From positions 1-62,476 of the IMG/VR virus record IMGVR_UViG_3300017788_000023: a stretch of 62,476 bases of DNA. One strand, written 5' to 3'. Positions 17,851-30,708 of this stretch are shown here, piece by piece (the stretch's first letter is position 1; each line of letters opens with the position of its first letter). Made by a program: the position numbers and the translations under genes. Under the pieces are notes generated by a model. The model was not told the DNA's origin. It did not search any database and was given only the letters and a program-made list of their open reading frames with translations. This stretch comes from a virus. Its lineage: Duplodnaviria > Caudoviricetes.

Positions 17851-20800
17851 TTACTTATTCTTTAAGGTTTCTACTTCTTGCTTCAATTCTTTAATCGCTT
17901 CAATTAACAGAGGAACTAATCTTTCATATTTAATTGCATAATAACCATTATCTCTTTGAGTTACAATTTCTGGTAATACTTCTAGAACATCTTGAGCAAT
18001 TACTCCAGCTTCTCTTAAAGTTTGATCCTTTCCTTCTGCCTTATCATTCCAGTTGTAAGTTACACCAGAAATCTTATCAACTTTATTTAGAGCATTTTCA
18101 ATAGGTTTAACATTTACTTTCAATCTGCTATCAGATGTGGCGAATGCAGTAATATCATCATTACAAGTGAAAGCACCTACATTGCTAATCGTAGCAACAT
18201 CTGTACCACCTCTACGGAATTTAACAACTTCGGCACTACTACTACCAGCATTAATATACCATCTGTTTGAATGATACTCTATCTTTCCTTCATTAGCAGC
18301 AGCATCTCCAGTCCAATTAGCAGTAGTATCTTGACGGAAGGAACTAGTTCCCCCTAGACGTAAAACACTATTTGTACCACTAGTGAATGTGAACTGAGCA
18401 CTGCCAGCAAGACTACCACTATTATTATATTGAACTTGTGTATTGGATCCTCCAATATCAAATAATGCCCACTCAAGACCAGAAGCAGTTGATTTAATAA
18501 ATTTACCAGCACCAGTATTTGCTAAGTAGGTAGTTACTCCACTTCCAGATTGATAAGGAACACTACCAGCAGCACCACCAGCAAGATTAGTGGCAGTTGT
18601 TGCTGTGGTTGCATTTCCTGTTAGAGCAGCAGTAATTGTACCAGCACTAAAGTTACCACTCGCGTCTCTAGCAACGATGTTTGTGTTACCACTTGAAGAA
18701 GCATTAACATTAATAGTTCTTGCTGTTCCTCCATCAAAGGTAGAACCAGAATTGTAACTTAAGAAAGTTCCTAGAGATAGAGCAGCAGCTGTAGAAGCGG
18801 TAATAGTAATATTAGCACTACCATTGAAAGATACTCCATTTATATTTCTGGCAGTTTGTAGCGTCGTGGCAGTAGTAGAATTACCAGTTAAATTAGCGGT
18901 AATAGTGCCAGCAGAGAAATTACCATTGTTATCTCTCTTAACAAGAGTATTATTAACATTTAATGTAGCAACTGGATTATTACCTGTGTGGAGAATAGTA
19001 TACTTAGTTGAAGTACCAACAGACCAACCACCCCAGAATAGATCATTGGTAGCACCATCAAGACCAAAATAACCAGCGTAATCTCCAGTTACATGGAATG
19101 TAAGGAAGGCATCTCGACCAACAGTATCATTTACAATTGTAAGTGTCTTATTACCAGTTCCAACACCTTGATCACCACTTTCAGTATTAATAACTACTTT
19201 GTTGCCAGCGAGAAGATTTAAATCTCCTGACATGGTATCGCCAGTTTTTAATACGTTTAGAGAAGCAGCTCCAGTTAACGTGGCGGTAATAGTACCAGCT
19301 TCAAAATTGCCAAGAGAATCACGCTGAACAGCGGTACTAGCATTGTTTAGTGCTGAGAAAGTAATATTACCTTGGTTCCAAATTATATTACTGTTTATAG
19401 AAACAGAGTTAGCATTTGATGCTAGAATGTTTAAAGAACCAGATCCATTTGTTGAGTTACCGCCAGAAACAGCAAGACGTACATTGTATAAACCAGCAGG
19501 AGAGCTACTAGATCTAAAATCAATTACTGGGACAGAAGCAGTTCCATCAGTTCTTCCAAGTGATAATCTAGCAGTTCCAGAAGACGATTCTAGTTTAGCA
19601 ACGTCAAATGTTCCAGCAAAATCACTGATATTATAATCATTAATAATTTCATTTGTTTGAGTATTACCAATTCTGAAAGCATCAACAATGTTACCAGAAA
19701 GTAATCTACCAGTTAAAATACTATAATCTAAAGTATCATCAATATTATTGAAAGTTGTTACATCAACAAGTTCAAAATCACCAACTTTAATACCAATAGC
19801 ATCAAACAAATCAATTGTTAATCCAGCAACAAATGGTGCTTCTGAAAGAATCTTGCCAGAAATATAGATGCTATAGAATGTTTGAGAAATATAATTTTTT
19901 ATAGTTAAGCTAGTATTGACTCTTGTTGCGTCTAAGAAAGAGGAAAGGTGAGAAGGACCAACAATACCAGAGTTAATATTATAACCATTTTGATAGAATA
20001 CACCTTGTCTGCCATCAAGTACGTCGGCGTCTAGTCCAGTGCCAACACCATCATTGATAGATGTCCAAACCTTTGCCCAAGAACCGAATGTCGAAACACC
20101 AGTTCCAGAACCACGGATCCACAGGTTATTGTTATCAGTGAAAGCAAGTTGCCTTACACCACCACCAGAAGCATCCGTAGAGGTTCCAAATTGTCTGTAT
20201 GTAATAACACCGTGCCTGACTCCACCATCAGAAAGACCGTCAGCAGTATTGTTTCTTGTATCAGCAACAATACCTTCATTAAATGTTGATGGTGAAGGAG
20301 AAGAAGATGGATTATTTACTTGAGTAACTAATCTTAAAGTATTAGCAGAATTCCCAGCAATATCAATACCATACAAACCGCTGCCTAGTTTATCTGGACC
20401 AATCGAAAGATTGATTAGATTTTGACCATCTCGGTAGAAAAGCCCTTGCTGACCATCAAGTAAGTCAGCATCAAGTCCAGAACCTGTTCCTGTCTTAAGT
20501 TCTATTGAACCATCGCCAGATGTTCCAATATTGAATTGTGATTTTTTGAATCTAGCAACACCAGTATTTCCATATTCATTTGCTGCGAGTGTCTTATCAT
20601 CAACACGTTTAATATCAATTCCTACATTAGCAAAATTCTTTACGCTAGTATTGACTTTACAATCTAAAACAGCATTAGCTCCAAAACCAAGAACGACTGG
20701 CATCTGTACGATAGAAAAATCTGCCGAATAACCAGTTCCTCCACTAGTCACTAAAACAGAAGTTATACTTCCTCCAGTAACAGTAATAATTCCTTTTAAC

Positions 20801-23800
20801 CCAGTACCAGTGCCACCAGATAAAGCGACATCAAAATAAACACCATCTGCATAAGAAGATCCCCCAGAAGTTATTATAACTTTATCTACAAAATTACTTA
20901 ATGTAAATGTAGAATCTAATAGAACAGGAGATTCTGGTCTATTAAATTGAATAACAGTATTCTGTGGAATCAGTTGAGTTACGGATGTTGAAAGAGTAAC
21001 AACTGTGAAAGAGACATTATCTACTATAGTCACAAATGTGTTTGCCACAGTTGTTCCTGCTGGTATACCAGGAGCAGTGACCTCATGCCCAATTAAAATA
21101 TTATTATTTAATTTAAATTTCAATACATTTTGACTATTAGATGTTTGATCTGTTGTAAAATCAAAATATCTTCGTTCTGCTGGTTTGATGGATTGTACAG
21201 CAGCAGCAAAAGAAGAATCTCCTCTTAAGAATGTGAAGGAGTTTGCTTCTCCAGCATTACCAGCAAGTCTTGAAGTTGAAATAATTCCTGATGTAATATC
21301 TTGGGCAGCAATTGAAGATGTTGAAAGAGATACCCAGTTACTTGCATTTGATCCAGATGTGTTTACAGTTCTAGTGACAGGAACTGTGACAGGAACTGCG
21401 TTGGTAGATTTAATTGTATCACTGTCAGTAATTTTAATATTATTAGCAATATCAATATAAACACGAGATTCAATTAACGCAACAGCTGTCGCTTGTGTTC
21501 CACCAACTCCAGGAGCAGAGAAAGTAACTGTTGGTGGTGTAGTATAACCAAATCCTCCAATATAATTATTGTTCGATACTATTTTTACTGTAACTACTTT
21601 ACCATTTACAACAGTACACGTAGCAGCAGCAGAAACTCCCCCAGATTGTTCTGGTGCAGTAATACTCACGGAAGGTGGAATTAACTCACTGTACCCAGAA
21701 CCTTGATTAATAATATTGATTTTGAATACAACACCTTGACGATATTCTGTTATTTCTCCTTGACCAGTAGAAACACTACCAGTTAGAAACTCACCTGACG
21801 CAAATTGTAAAGTAGTATTTACAGCAACAGCAACAAACTGGCTTTCTAAATCATTGTTTAAAATAAATGACGTAGTTGATCCAAGTTCGATAGCAATATC
21901 ACCAGCAAGTGGACCTTCTAAAGCAAGTCTTTCCGTTGTATTTTGAATTGTAAATACGTTGAATGGTCTTAGAGCTGGAATTTGATCTAGAGAAATCTTA
22001 CCAGAATCAGTAAGTTCTACAAGGTTTCTTGGAACAGCGTTAGTTGAATATGGTTTGTTAAGGTATTGACCTAAGTTATTTGAAATGTAATCCTTAATAG
22101 CTTTCTGCGTTGAAATTTTTGTGTCAGAAGCAAAGTTTCCTCCTAATGTATTTGAAGCATCAAATCCAGTAACAACAACGTCGCCACCTTTCAACTTAAG
22201 GAATTCAACTTCCGAGATCGAAACTGTACCAGTGAATGTAATATTACCAGTTCTGTTTTCAATCTTAGCAAAGTAACCTACTTTGAAGTCACCAAGTTCA
22301 TCAGTACCAGAAGTATAAACACGTCCATATTCTTGAGATACTTGTTCTAATGCTTCATTTTTAATACCACCATTTTCTGGGAGTGCTCTATAGTCGTTAC
22401 CAGATCCAGCATATTCCCATGTGTGAGAAGACGAGTTGACAATAGAGGGTCTGTGTAGACGAACTTGCTTACCTACAAGCTCAGCATTACCGACAGTGAT
22501 TGGTTGACCATTGCTCTTTCTCTTAAGCAGGATTGCCTCGTTAAGATCAATAGTTGAAGTAAATGGAGGACCAACTGTAGTTTGTCTTACTCCTTCAATA
22601 AAGTATTCAATATTAGAATTTTGGTTTTCGTAATCAGCAAATTTAACAATATAATGCTCAAGTGGTTCTCTACCAAGACCGCCAACTGTAAATACAGTTC
22701 TACCTGTAGCAGTTGTAGTAACATTGGTGATAGTTCCTATATCAAAAGAATATGGCTCTAACCTAAATCCTTTAGCTCTTAGAGCAAACGTACCAAAGTT
22801 TGTAGCAGAGTTTGTAACAGAAGCATAACCACCAGTATCAGCAAAGATACCATCTTGAGCAAATAGAACGAACACAGAAACTAACTGTGTGTAACCATCA
22901 TTTACAATTCTATAACCAGTCCCACCAAATGAAATGATAGTGAACTGGGCAGCAACCATTGACTTACCCTGATTTGGGAAAGTAGCTTTGGGCGCAGCGG
23001 ATCCAATTGCTGGATTTAGACCAGGGCGAGGGCAGTTTGGTTGTCTTACTTTATCACCATCAATCTCACAACCGCCACCACCAAGGAACGAAATTACAGA
23101 AGCGTTTTGAATGTATGGTGATGCTTCAATAAATGGTAGATCTGCCCAGGTGGCATCTATGCTAACTCTCTTATTGTCAGCATCATAAATTGTATTTTCT
23201 GGATATACAACTGTTGGATTATAAAGAGTTCCATAACTCTTAGTAACTACACTACCATTTGCTAAGATATCATCTAAAATAGCAAATGATGTTGTGATTG
23301 CTGTAGCAACATTAGCACATGTTGGAGTATTTGGATCAACAATAGTTGTCGAATCAATAAATTGTGGAGCAGTAGCAAATTCTGGAACAAAAACAGGACC
23401 AGTGCCATTACCTGTCTTCCAATTTCTCATAGCAAGAATAGCTAAATCTCTTACTTTTATAAATGCCTGTCTAGTAGGTAGTATTTGATCTGCTGGGAGT
23501 CCTGTTAGAGCATTTCCAGTGTAATAAGATTCTCCAGCAGTAACTATTCCAGCGTTGCCTCCAAGAATTAAATCTCTTCTAAGTGCTCCAAGAATTTTTC
23601 CGATGTCTCTACGGCATTTTGTTGTTGTGGTAGTTAAGAAAGAACCTTCATTAACAGTAGGAAGTGAATTAAGATTACCCGCAGAAATAGCAGTAGTAGC
23701 AATAGCAATAAGAGTACCAATGCTATTACGTACATCAATACAAGATTCTGAATTATTATTATTGTTTAGTTCTCCTTGAGTACCAAAACCAAAACCTGGA

Positions 23801-26800
23801 TTTGTTGGTAGATATCCTGGGTTTGGATCTCCAGTGATTGTTAGATCTTTTGCGTATAACTGATTGGTTACAGCTAATCTCATCACATCTCTAGCCTTAT
23901 TAAAAGCAGTGATAGATTGAGATTCTTCGTTTACTAATCCGTTTGAAAGTGGAATTGTATTGGTTATAAAATATCTCTTGACAGCTCTAATTATATTCTT
24001 ATTACCACCGTCATAAAGGTCAGAAGCAACAGCATCAACAATGATACCAATGTCTCTACGGCACTTACTTTCGCCAGCAATATAAGTAGTAACAGTTTGA
24101 GCGGGAAGACCAGTTAAATTACCAGCAGTAATTCTGTCAGTAATCAATACAGTTGAGTTGACTATTGCTGATTGTATGTCAGAACAAGCGGTAGAAGATG
24201 TATTAGGTACGACTCCTCCTCCACCACCAAAGTTAGCAGGACCAGGAGTAACAGTGAGATCCTTGTAGAACAAACCGTTAGTAACGGCTTTTTTCATTAC
24301 ATCTCTTGCTTTGTTAAAAGCAACTACAGATTGTGCTTCTTCATCTACTAATCCATTACTAATAGGAGCGTTGTTATTAAAATATTGAAGAACAAATTTT
24401 CTTGAATACTTATTACTTCCAGAGAAAAGATCTAAAGAAACAGCATCAACAAAAATGCCCAAGTCTCTGCGGCACTTAATATTACCACTTGCTTTTCTTA
24501 CAGCAGGAAGACCTGAGGTATTACCAGCTTGAAGTGTGGTTGTAAGAATAGCAATAAGGGTGCTAACAGCACTTCTAACATTAGCACATGAAGATTCGCT
24601 AGTATTTGATAGTGTATTAGGATCTGCTGTGATGGTTGTGTCCTTAACATATAATTGATTTGTTAGGGCTCTGTTCATCCAATCTCTTGCTTTGTTAAAA
24701 GCAACTACTGATTGACTAATTTGACCTGCCAATCCATTTGATAGTAGAGTAGTGGAATTTGTAAAATATCTTAATGTGTGATCAATAATTCTTGAGTTAC
24801 CGCCTGTTTGGAGATCGTAAACAATAGCATCAACAATGAGTCCAATATCTCTGCGGCACTTAGCTTCTCCAGCAGGAGTTACACTTTCGCCAGTAGTAAT
24901 TACTGGAAGAGCATTAGTGCCATTGATATCACCAGCAAGTATTCTTGTCTGAGCAATAAGTGCTAATGTTTCTATTGCTATTTGTACATCAGCACAAGCA
25001 GCAGCATTTCCTGATTGTAAAACAGGAATGTTGGGACCAGGAACTCCATATGTAGCAGTGCTAGAAGTTATGGTAAGATCTTTGATAAGAAGTTGGTTAG
25101 TTATAGCCTTCTTCATCATTTCAGTTGCTTTGGTAAAAGCAGTATCAGATTCGAGTTCTTCCCCAGCTAATCCATTGACAATTTTAATACCAGTTTGTGG
25201 ATTGAAGTATAATTTAGTAAATGCTACAGTAAATTGATTTCCTCCATCATAGATGTCTAGACCAATAGAATCAACAAATAAACCAATATCACGCTTACAT
25301 TTTGCTTCGCCAGGAGTTACAAAAGAATCTCCATTTGTTACGGTTGGTAAAGCATTATCACCATTAATATTACCAGCAGTAATTCTAGTAGTAACCAGAG
25401 TGGTTAATGTTAATAACGCTGCTTGAACATCAGCACAAGCTGTTGGATCAGTATTAGAAACTATCGCCCCTCCTCCACCAAAATTAGCAGGACCAGCAGT
25501 AATACCGAGATCCTTATATGCTAATTGATTGGTTACTGCTAACTCACATTGTTCTCTAGCTTCATTGAAAGCAAATACTGATTGTGCTTCTTCGCCAGAT
25601 AAACCATTAGAAATAGCAATACCACTTCCATCAAAGTACAGTTTAATAAATCCAATTGTATATTGATTTCCTCCAGTTATCATGTCAAGAGAAATAGCGT
25701 CAACGAAGAGACCAATATCTCTCTTACACTTATTGATATCCCCTCCAGGAACAGTGAATCCAGGGAACTGTGCTTGCGTTGAATCAAAAGCAGCATTAAT
25801 AATTTGTGTTCTGTTCTTCTGAATTAAACGATAACCATCTTTAAATCTAGATCTAGCATTAGTTTGAGCATCCCCAGGATAGAAGAAATCGGGGTGATCA
25901 ACAGCAATTTGTGCTGCTCCTGTATCGATAATTTGTTGGCGATTCTGTTGAATTAATCTATAACCATCTTTAAATCTAGATCTAGGTCCAGTTTGTGGAT
26001 CACCAGGATAGAAGAAATCAGGGAACTGAATAGCAATTTCAGCGGCAGCTCGTACCTTGATTTCTTCTTTATTAGCTCTAATTAAATCAACAGAATCAAG
26101 ATATCTGCTTTGATAATCTCTATTAACATTTGGTAGACCAGTTAAGTTACCAGCAGTTAATCTAGCAGTAATAATTGCTGTTAAGTTAGAAATATAAGTT
26201 TGAATATCAGAGCAAGCAGTGGAATCAGTATTTGGTACTGTAGCTACACCAGAAGCATAAACAGCAGACCCAGGAGTGACCGTTAGATCTTTAGCAAACA
26301 ACTGGTTGGCGACTGCTAACCTCATTTGATCTCTTGCTTTATTGAAAGCAGTATTCGACTCAGCAATTTCATTAACCAGACCATTTTGAAGTAGAGTTGT
26401 GGGACTAGTAAAATATTGCTTTAAGAAATTAATAGAATTTGAATTACCACCTAAGAATACGTCAAGAGATATAGCATCAACAAAGATACCAATATCTCTC
26501 TTACACTTAGCTTCTCCAGGAGGAACAGTAGTTGATACTGATTCAGCAGGAAGACCAGTTACGTTACCAGCAGTAATTCTATCAGTAATAATTAGTGTTA
26601 AACTTGTAATAGCAGTTTGAACATCTGAGCAAGCAGTAGAATTAGTATTACTAACATTACCGCCCTCGCCATAATTAGTAGGACCACTAGTGACAGTGAG
26701 ATCTTTGATTGTCAGTTGGTTAGCAACTGCCTTTTTCATTTCATCTCTTGCTTTATTAAAAGCAAGAACTGATTCTGCTTCTTCTCCTACAAGACCATTT

Positions 26801-29800
26801 GTAATAGGAGTGCCATTATTGAAGTATGAAAGAACAAATTGACGACTGTATACATTTCCGCCAGCTTGAGCAATGTCTAGAGATACAGAATCGATGAAGA
26901 TACCAATGTCTCTTTTACACTTAGCTGTATTTGTTGCGTTGATGACAAAAGATGGGAACGCAGGAGCAATTGCGGCAAAAGCAGTATCAATAATTTCCTG
27001 TCTATTTAATTGTATTAATCTATAACCATCCTTAAATCTAGATACAGCAGTTGTCTGAGCATCTCCAGGATAGAAGAAATCTGGATGCTGAACAGCAACT
27101 TGAGCAGCAGCACGATCAATAATTTCTTGTCTATTTTGTTGAATTAAACGATAAGCATCAGCATAACGTGAACGCTCATTAGTTTGTAAATCACCTGGGT
27201 AGAAGAAATCAGGGAACTGAACGGCGACTTCAGCAGCAGCTGTATCAATAATAGTTTCTTTGTTTTTTTGAATTAGACGATAAGCATCGTTGTATCTGCT
27301 TTGAGCATTAGTTTGTGTATCTCCAGGATAGTAAAAATCTGGATGCTCAACTGCTACTTCTGCCAAAGCACGATCAAGAATCTCATCTCTATTATCTCTA
27401 ATCAGATTAGTAGAATCTTTGTATCTAGCAGCAGAAGGAAGTGGACTTAAGAATAATTGAGGAAAAGCATCTTCAATATATCTTGAAGCTTCTTGTTTAA
27501 TAAATTCTTGGTTTCTAGCAATTAAATATCCAGATTCTACAAATCTATCAATTTGATTATTAGAAATAATAGCAAGGAATGTATCTGCTAAGTTATTGAT
27601 AGCAGATGCTACGTTAGCACAATAAGGCCAAACAGGATCAAGTGTTACATCTGGGTCAAAATATCTATCTACATTAGAAAATTGTGGATTATATAAAGCT
27701 CCATATTGATCAAGTCTCCAACCTCTCATTGCTAGGATAGTAAGATTCCTGGCAATATCAAATGCTCTAATTGTTTCTGAAAGTTCTGTAGCAATATAAC
27801 CAACACCAGTTCCTATAACATAATACTTAGCAGCTTCAACGGTGTTATAGTTGCCACCATACTCCATATCACGAACGATAGCATTTACGAAATGACCAAT
27901 ATCTCTAATACACTTTGCTTCATCTGGATTAGTAAATTCTGGAAACTCAGCAATGGTTTGCTTATAAGCTTCGTCCTTGATGAACGCAAGATTATTGGTA
28001 ATTAAATTTCTAGCATCTTGATATCTTCTAGCAATATAAGGAGTTTCTTCAAATTTATTGGGAGAGTTTAATAATGATAAAGTTACATAATATGAAAAAT
28101 GGGATACGGTAGCACCAGATGGAGCAAAATTACTATCCGTAAATCCAGGCATGTTATCTTTAGGAATAACAAATCTTCTGGATCTTGAGTCGTCATCAAT
28201 TAGTACTCCAGTTTTATCTAAATCATAAATTCTTTGAATACCATTTAAGTTTGCTAACGATGCTGGCAAACCAGAAATGAATACTTCCTGCCCTTCATGA
28301 AAATCATGAATATTCTCTACGCCTTGTAAATCGTTTGTGTAGAAAATAATACCACCAACTTGAGCTTGTTGTGAACCATCAATTCTAGAAATAGGTATAG
28401 TCTTTGTAACATTAGTACCAGTATTAACAACTTCACCTTCTGCTCTAATAGAAGATAAACTTACAAGTGTAAACTGAAATTCTCTCGCCCAATTAGTTCC
28501 ATTCCAAGTGTAAGTAATACCATCATTTGGATGAATATATGTATCTCCAATTGCAGGAGTTGATGGCCATCCAGTATAGTCTACAGGAGCTTCGATATAA
28601 TAACGAGCACTTTCTCCCTGAGCAAAAACACCAATTGAAGTTTCGAAATCTACTGATCCTTTTTGATATGCAGTTGGACCTGTAGTAGTATTAAACGTTA
28701 CTGTTTTAATAATTCCAACGGCGCTGGAGTTGACACCATTAATTGTTTCGCCAGCAACTAAAGCATCTAAACCACCGTTAAAATCAAAAGTAGATCGGAA
28801 TAAAGCCTTACCAAAAATTTGGTGCCCAACTGGGAATCTTCTTTTGAAATCACCGCCATAAGTTTGATTGTAATAAATTCTCTGTTTATCATCAAATGAA
28901 CAGGCAAACTTCCACGTAGAAACTGGATTTCCAGAAGTATCTAATTTATCCCTAAATGTTATTCCACTGATATAATTTTTATCAGCAAATTTAAACATGT
29001 CTTTGCCAGGATTATTCGGTCTGACTAATACAATACGCAAAGAGTCACCGACAACTGAACAATCTGGGGGGATAGAAATTGGGTTGTCTTCCAAATAATC
29101 GCCACCAGCAATAACAACAGTTTCTTTTATATTCGTAGATTCTGTTGCTAATTGGCAAGCGCGTTTAATAGTTCTTACTGGAGAAGCAACGGATCTACCG
29201 TCGTTTTGATCATCACCGATTTGCTGTGAAACATAGATTCTACCACCAACGTCGTTGGTAGCAAGGTTTAATACGTATTCGGTGGTAGCAATTTTAGTTG
29301 TATTATCTCCTAGTGGTGGAGTAATACTTCTTGGCCAAGATAGTTGACCGTAATAAGGTTGAGTTGGATCATCAACTCTAAAACCAATATGATCTAATTG
29401 TACTGTACCATTTAAGGCTTGACCAGTCCTGTGAAGTGGAGGAAATGCTCCAGTGATTCCAGTATTAAGTGCTCGATAAACGTTAGATTCAAAATGTCTA
29501 ATTTGATTTTTTGCTAACGAAACATTAGCAACCCAAACTTGCTCAGAATTATTATCAAATACTTTTAAAGAAGGCGCACGTATATTAAGATCTGCTGTTA
29601 CAAAATTTCGTAGGTCAAGATTTAAAATTCTTGCTGTATCAGAAATAATTGAAGACGATGTTCTGATAGCACCATTAACATCAACTTCATATTCAATAAT
29701 ATCTAAAGTACAAGTTGCTGCCGCACCTGCCCCAGTAGTATCTCCAACTGCATTTTGAATTGTAATTGTAGGAGCACTAGTATACCCAGATCCTGGATTT

Positions 29801-30129
29801 GAAACAACAATAGCAATTACTCTTCCATTTGAAAGAATAGCAGTAGCAGTAGCTTGAATAGCACCAAGAACAGCTGGAGGAGGAGCAATTTCTATAATCG
29901 GTGGACTGGTATAACTAGCACCTTGTGACGTAACAGTAATAGTATCTACACGACTTCCAGTTCTATTAATACCAATTCTTGGTAATTTTGTATTGGGATC
30001 AATTGAAGCTCTAAAAATTTCTTTTTCTTCTGATCCTTGCCCAGATCTAATTATAAAATTATCACTCCCGATAATTTTAGGTGTATTAGATTTGATGTAC
30101 TGTTTATCAGAATTAAATTCTAATCCCAT
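17851..30129 (-). CDS. Giant (4092 aa) tail fibre / virion protein: split beta-helix, nine phycobiliprotein-like repeats, C-terminal peptidase S74 chaperone
   Basis: C-terminal SDSRLK...GVIAQDV...PE.V...[15 protein letters not shown]; DADLLDG repeats; [11 protein letters not shown] repeats; KCxRD repeats. Confidence 0.85.
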   Translation of the reverse strand: MGLEFNSDKQYIKSNTPKIIGSDNFIIRSGQGSEEKEIFRASIDPNTKLPRIGINRTGSRVDTITVTSQGASYTSPPIIEIAPPPAVLGAIQATATAILSNGRVIAIVVSNPGSGYTSAPTITIQNAVGDTTGAGAAATCTLDIIEYEVDVNGAIRTSSSIISDTARILNLDLRNFVTADLNIRAPSLKVFDNNSEQVWVANVSLAKNQIRHFESNVYRALNTGITGAFPPLHRTGQALNGTVQLDHIGFRVDDPTQPYYGQLSWPRSITPPLGDNTTKIATTEYVLNLATNDVGGRIYVSQQIGDDQNDGRSVASPVRTIKRACQLATESTNIKETVVIAGGDYLEDNPISIPPDCSVVGDSLRIVLVRPNNPGKDMFKFADKNYISGITFRDKLDTSGNPVSTWKFACSFDDKQRIYYNQTYGGDFKRRFPVGHQIFGKALFRSTFDFNGGLDALVAGETINGVNSSAVGIIKTVTFNTTTGPTAYQKGSVDFETSIGVFAQGESARYYIEAPVDYTGWPSTPAIGDTYIHPNDGITYTWNGTNWAREFQFTLVSLSSIRAEGEVVNTGTNVTKTIPISRIDGSQQAQVGGIIFYTNDLQGVENIHDFHEGQEVFISGLPASLANLNGIQRIYDLDKTGVLIDDDSRSRRFVIPKDNMPGFTDSNFAPSGATVSHFSYYVTLSLLNSPNKFEETPYIARRYQDARNLITNNLAFIKDEAYKQTIAEFPEFTNPDEAKCIRDIGHFVNAIVRDMEYGGNYNTVEAAKYYVIGTGVGYIATELSETIRAFDIARNLTILAMRGWRLDQYGALYNPQFSNVDRYFDPDVTLDPVWPYCANVASAINNLADTFLAIISNNQIDRFVESGYLIARNQEFIKQEASRYIEDAFPQLFLSPLPSAARYKDSTNLIRDNRDEILDRALAEVAVEHPDFYYPGDTQTNAQSRYNDAYRLIQKNKETIIDTAAAEVAVQFPDFFYPGDLQTNERSRYADAYRLIQQNRQEIIDRAAAQVAVQHPDFFYPGDAQTTAVSRFKDGYRLIQLNRQEIIDTAFAAIAPAFPSFVINATNTAKCKRDIGIFIDSVSLDIAQAGGNVYSRQFVLSYFNNGTPITNGLVGEEAESVLAFNKARDEMKKAVANQLTIKDLTVTSGPTNYGEGGNVSNTNSTACSDVQTAITSLTLIITDRITAGNVTGLPAESVSTTVPPGEAKCKRDIGIFVDAISLDVFLGGNSNSINFLKQYFTSPTTLLQNGLVNEIAESNTAFNKARDQMRLAVANQLFAKDLTVTPGSAVYASGVATVPNTDSTACSDIQTYISNLTAIITARLTAGNLTGLPNVNRDYQSRYLDSVDLIRANKEEIKVRAAAEIAIQFPDFFYPGDPQTGPRSRFKDGYRLIQQNRQQIIDTGAAQIAVDHPDFFYPGDAQTNARSRFKDGYRLIQKNRTQIINAAFDSTQAQFPGFTVPGGDINKCKRDIGLFVDAISLDMITGGNQYTIGFIKLYFDGSGIAISNGLSGEEAQSVFAFNEAREQCELAVTNQLAYKDLGITAGPANFGGGGAIVSNTDPTACADVQAALLTLTTLVTTRITAGNINGDNALPTVTNGDSFVTPGEAKCKRDIGLFVDSIGLDIYDGGNQFTVAFTKLYFNPQTGIKIVNGLAGEELESDTAFTKATEMMKKAITNQLLIKDLTITSSTATYGVPGPNIPVLQSGNAAACADVQIAIETLALIAQTRILAGDINGTNALPVITTGESVTPAGEAKCRRDIGLIVDAIVYDLQTGGNSRIIDHTLRYFTNSTTLLSNGLAGQISQSVVAFNKARDWMNRALTNQLYVKDTTITADPNTLSNTSESSCANVRSAVSTLIAILTTTLQAGNTSGLPAVRKASGNIKCRRDLGIFVDAVSLDLFSGSNKYSRKFVLQYFNNNAPISNGLVDEEAQSVVAFNKARDVMKKAVTNGLFYKDLTVTPGPANFGGGGGVVPNTSSTACSDIQSAIVNSTVLITDRITAGNLTGLPAQTVTTYIAGESKCRRDIGIIVDAVASDLYDGGNKNIIRAVKRYFITNTIPLSNGLVNEESQSITAFNKARDVMRLAVTNQLYAKDLTITGDPNPGYLPTNPGFGFGTQGELNNNNNSESCIDVRNSIGTLIAIATTAISAGNLNSLPTVNEGSFLTTTTTKCRRDIGKILGALRRDLILGGNAGIVTAGESYYTGNALTGLPADQILPTRQAFIKVRDLAILAMRNWKTGNGTGPVFVPEFATAPQFIDSTTIVDPNTPTCANVATAITTSFAILDDILANGSVVTKSYGTLYNPTVVYPENTIYDADNKRVSIDATWADLPFIEASPYIQNASVISFLGGGGCEIDGDKVRQPNCPRPGLNPAIGSAAPKATFPNQGKSMVAAQFTIISFGGTGYRIVNDGYTQLVSVFVLFAQDGIFADTGGYASVTNSATNFGTFALRAKGFRLEPYSFDIGTITNVTTTATGRTVFTVGGLGREPLEHYIVKFADYENQNSNIEYFIEGVRQTTVGPPFTSTIDLNEAILLKRKSNGQPITVGNAELVGKQVRLHRPSIVNSSSHTWEYAGSGNDYRALPENGGIKNEALEQVSQEYGRVYTSGTDELGDFKVGYFAKIENRTGNITFTGTVSISEVEFLKLKGGDVVVTGFDASNTLGGNFASDTKISTQKAIKDYISNNLGQYLNKPYSTNAVPRNLVELTDSGKISLDQIPALRPFNVFTIQNTTERLALEGPLAGDIAIELGSTTSFILNNDLESQFVAVAVNTTLQFASGEFLTGSVSTGQGEITEYRQGVVFKINIINQGSGYSELIPPSVSITAPEQSGGVSAAATCTVVNGKVVTVKIVSNNNYIGGFGYTTPPTVTFSAPGVGGTQATAVALIESRVYIDIANNIKITDSDTIKSTNAVPVTVPVTRTVNTSGSNASNWVSLSTSSIAAQDITSGIISTSRLAGNAGEANSFTFLRGDSSFAAAVQSIKPAERRYFDFTTDQTSNSQNVLKFKLNNNILIGHEVTAPGIPAGTTVANTFVTIVDNVSFTVVTLSTSVTQLIPQNTVIQFNRPESPVLLDSTFTLSNFVDKVIITSGGSSYADGVYFDVALSGGTGTGLKGIITVTGGSITSVLVTSGGTGYSADFSIVQMPVVLGFGANAVLDCKVNTSVKNFANVGIDIKRVDDKTLAANEYGNTGVARFKKSQFNIGTSGDGSIELKTGTGSGLDADLLDGQQGLFYRDGQNLINLSIGPDKLGSGLYGIDIAGNSANTLRLVTQVNNPSSSPSPSTFNEGIVADTRNNTADGLSDGGVRHGVITYRQFGTSTDASGGGVRQLAFTDNNNLWIRGSGTGVSTFGSWAKVWTSINDGVGTGLDADVLDGRQGVFYQNGYNINSGIVGPSHLSSFLDATRVNTSLTIKNYISQTFYSIYISGKILSEAPFVAGLTIDLFDAIGIKVGDFELVDVTTFNNIDDTLDYSILTGRLLSGNIVDAFRIGNTQTNEIINDYNISDFAGTFDVAKLESSSGTARLSLGRTDGTASVPVIDFRSSSSPAGLYNVRLAVSGGNSTNGSGSLNILASNANSVSINSNIIWNQGNITFSALNNASTAVQRDSLGNFEAGTITATLTGAASLNVLKTGDTMSGDLNLLAGNKVVINTESGDQGVGTGNKTLTIVNDTVGRDAFLTFHVTGDYAGYFGLDGATNDLFWGGWSVGTSTKYTILHTGNNPVATLNVNNTLVKRDNNGNFSAGTITANLTGNSTTATTLQTARNINGVSFNGSANITITASTAAALSLGTFLSYNSGSTFDGGTARTINVNASSSGNTNIVARDASGNFSAGTITAALTGNATTATTATNLAGGAAGSVPYQSGSGVTTYLANTGAGKFIKSTASGLEWALFDIGGSNTQVQYNNSGSLAGSAQFTFTSGTNSVLRLGGTSSFRQDTTANWTGDAAANEGKIEYHSNRWYINAGSSSAEVVKFRRGGTDVATISNVGAFTCNDDITAFATSDSRLKVNVKPIENALNKVDKISGVTYNWNDKAEGKDQTLREAGVIAQDVLEVLPEIVTQRDNGYYAIKYERLVPLLIEAIKELKQEVETLKNK
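23260..28035 (-). repeat. Protein-level repeat array: nine ~40-aa N-units and nine ~130-aa KCxRD core units
   Basis: KCxRD Cys codons at 27910, 26917, 26503, 25726, 25297, 24856, 24472, 24061, 23614. Confidence 0.9.
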
Positions 30130-30181
30130 GATTGTATCTCTTCCAAGAATTATTATTATTACAAGAATTTATCGTTATTGC

Positions 30182-30189
30182 TATTTATT
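30182..30189 (-). promoter_or_regulatory. Late promoter (AATAAATA) for the giant fibre
   Basis: NATAAATA about 53 nt upstream of ATG. Confidence 0.65.
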
Positions 30190-30703
30190 ACGTTTGCCAA
30201 GCAACTGACACTATTTGAGTGTGGGCGATCCATTTAACCACTCCAGTTGCTCCGTTTGCTTGTACATCAAAACTAAATTCATTAGAATTTCCTTGATCAT
30301 AATTTACGATAGACCATGTTTGATTTAGTGGGACATCATCTCTTACAACAGTTGTCAATGACCCTAATGTAGAAACATCTCCATTAGAAGCACATTTAAC
30401 AGTAGTTTCTAATTTTACCGAATAAACTCCAGTTCCACCTTGACCAACAGCTACTACGTTAGCAGTAATAAAATTTATAGTATTACTTGGCAATATTAAA
30501 TAAGAATTTTCTGTGCTGCTTTTTGATAAAATAGCAGTATTTAATGCTCTTAAAATAAATTCAGATTTTTTAATATCTGTATAATTAACATTTTGTAGTT
30601 CAAATGAATTGACATTCTTAAGTTCATAATTATCAGAAATAATGGTAGTTTGTTTTACTCCAAACCCACCTTCTGAATTGAATGTTTTTGTATTTACTGG
30701 CAT
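30188..30703 (-). CDS. Virion structural protein (beta-rich)
   Basis: FNSEGGFGV start; position in the fibre cluster. Confidence 0.7.
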   Translation of the reverse strand: MPVNTKTFNSEGGFGVKQTTIISDNYELKNVNSFELQNVNYTDIKKSEFILRALNTAILSKSSTENSYLILPSNTINFITANVVAVGQGGTGVYSVKLETTVKCASNGDVSTLGSLTTVVRDDVPLNQTWSIVNYDQGNSNEFSFDVQANGATGVVKWIAHTQIVSVAWQT

Positions 30704-30708
30704 TTTAA

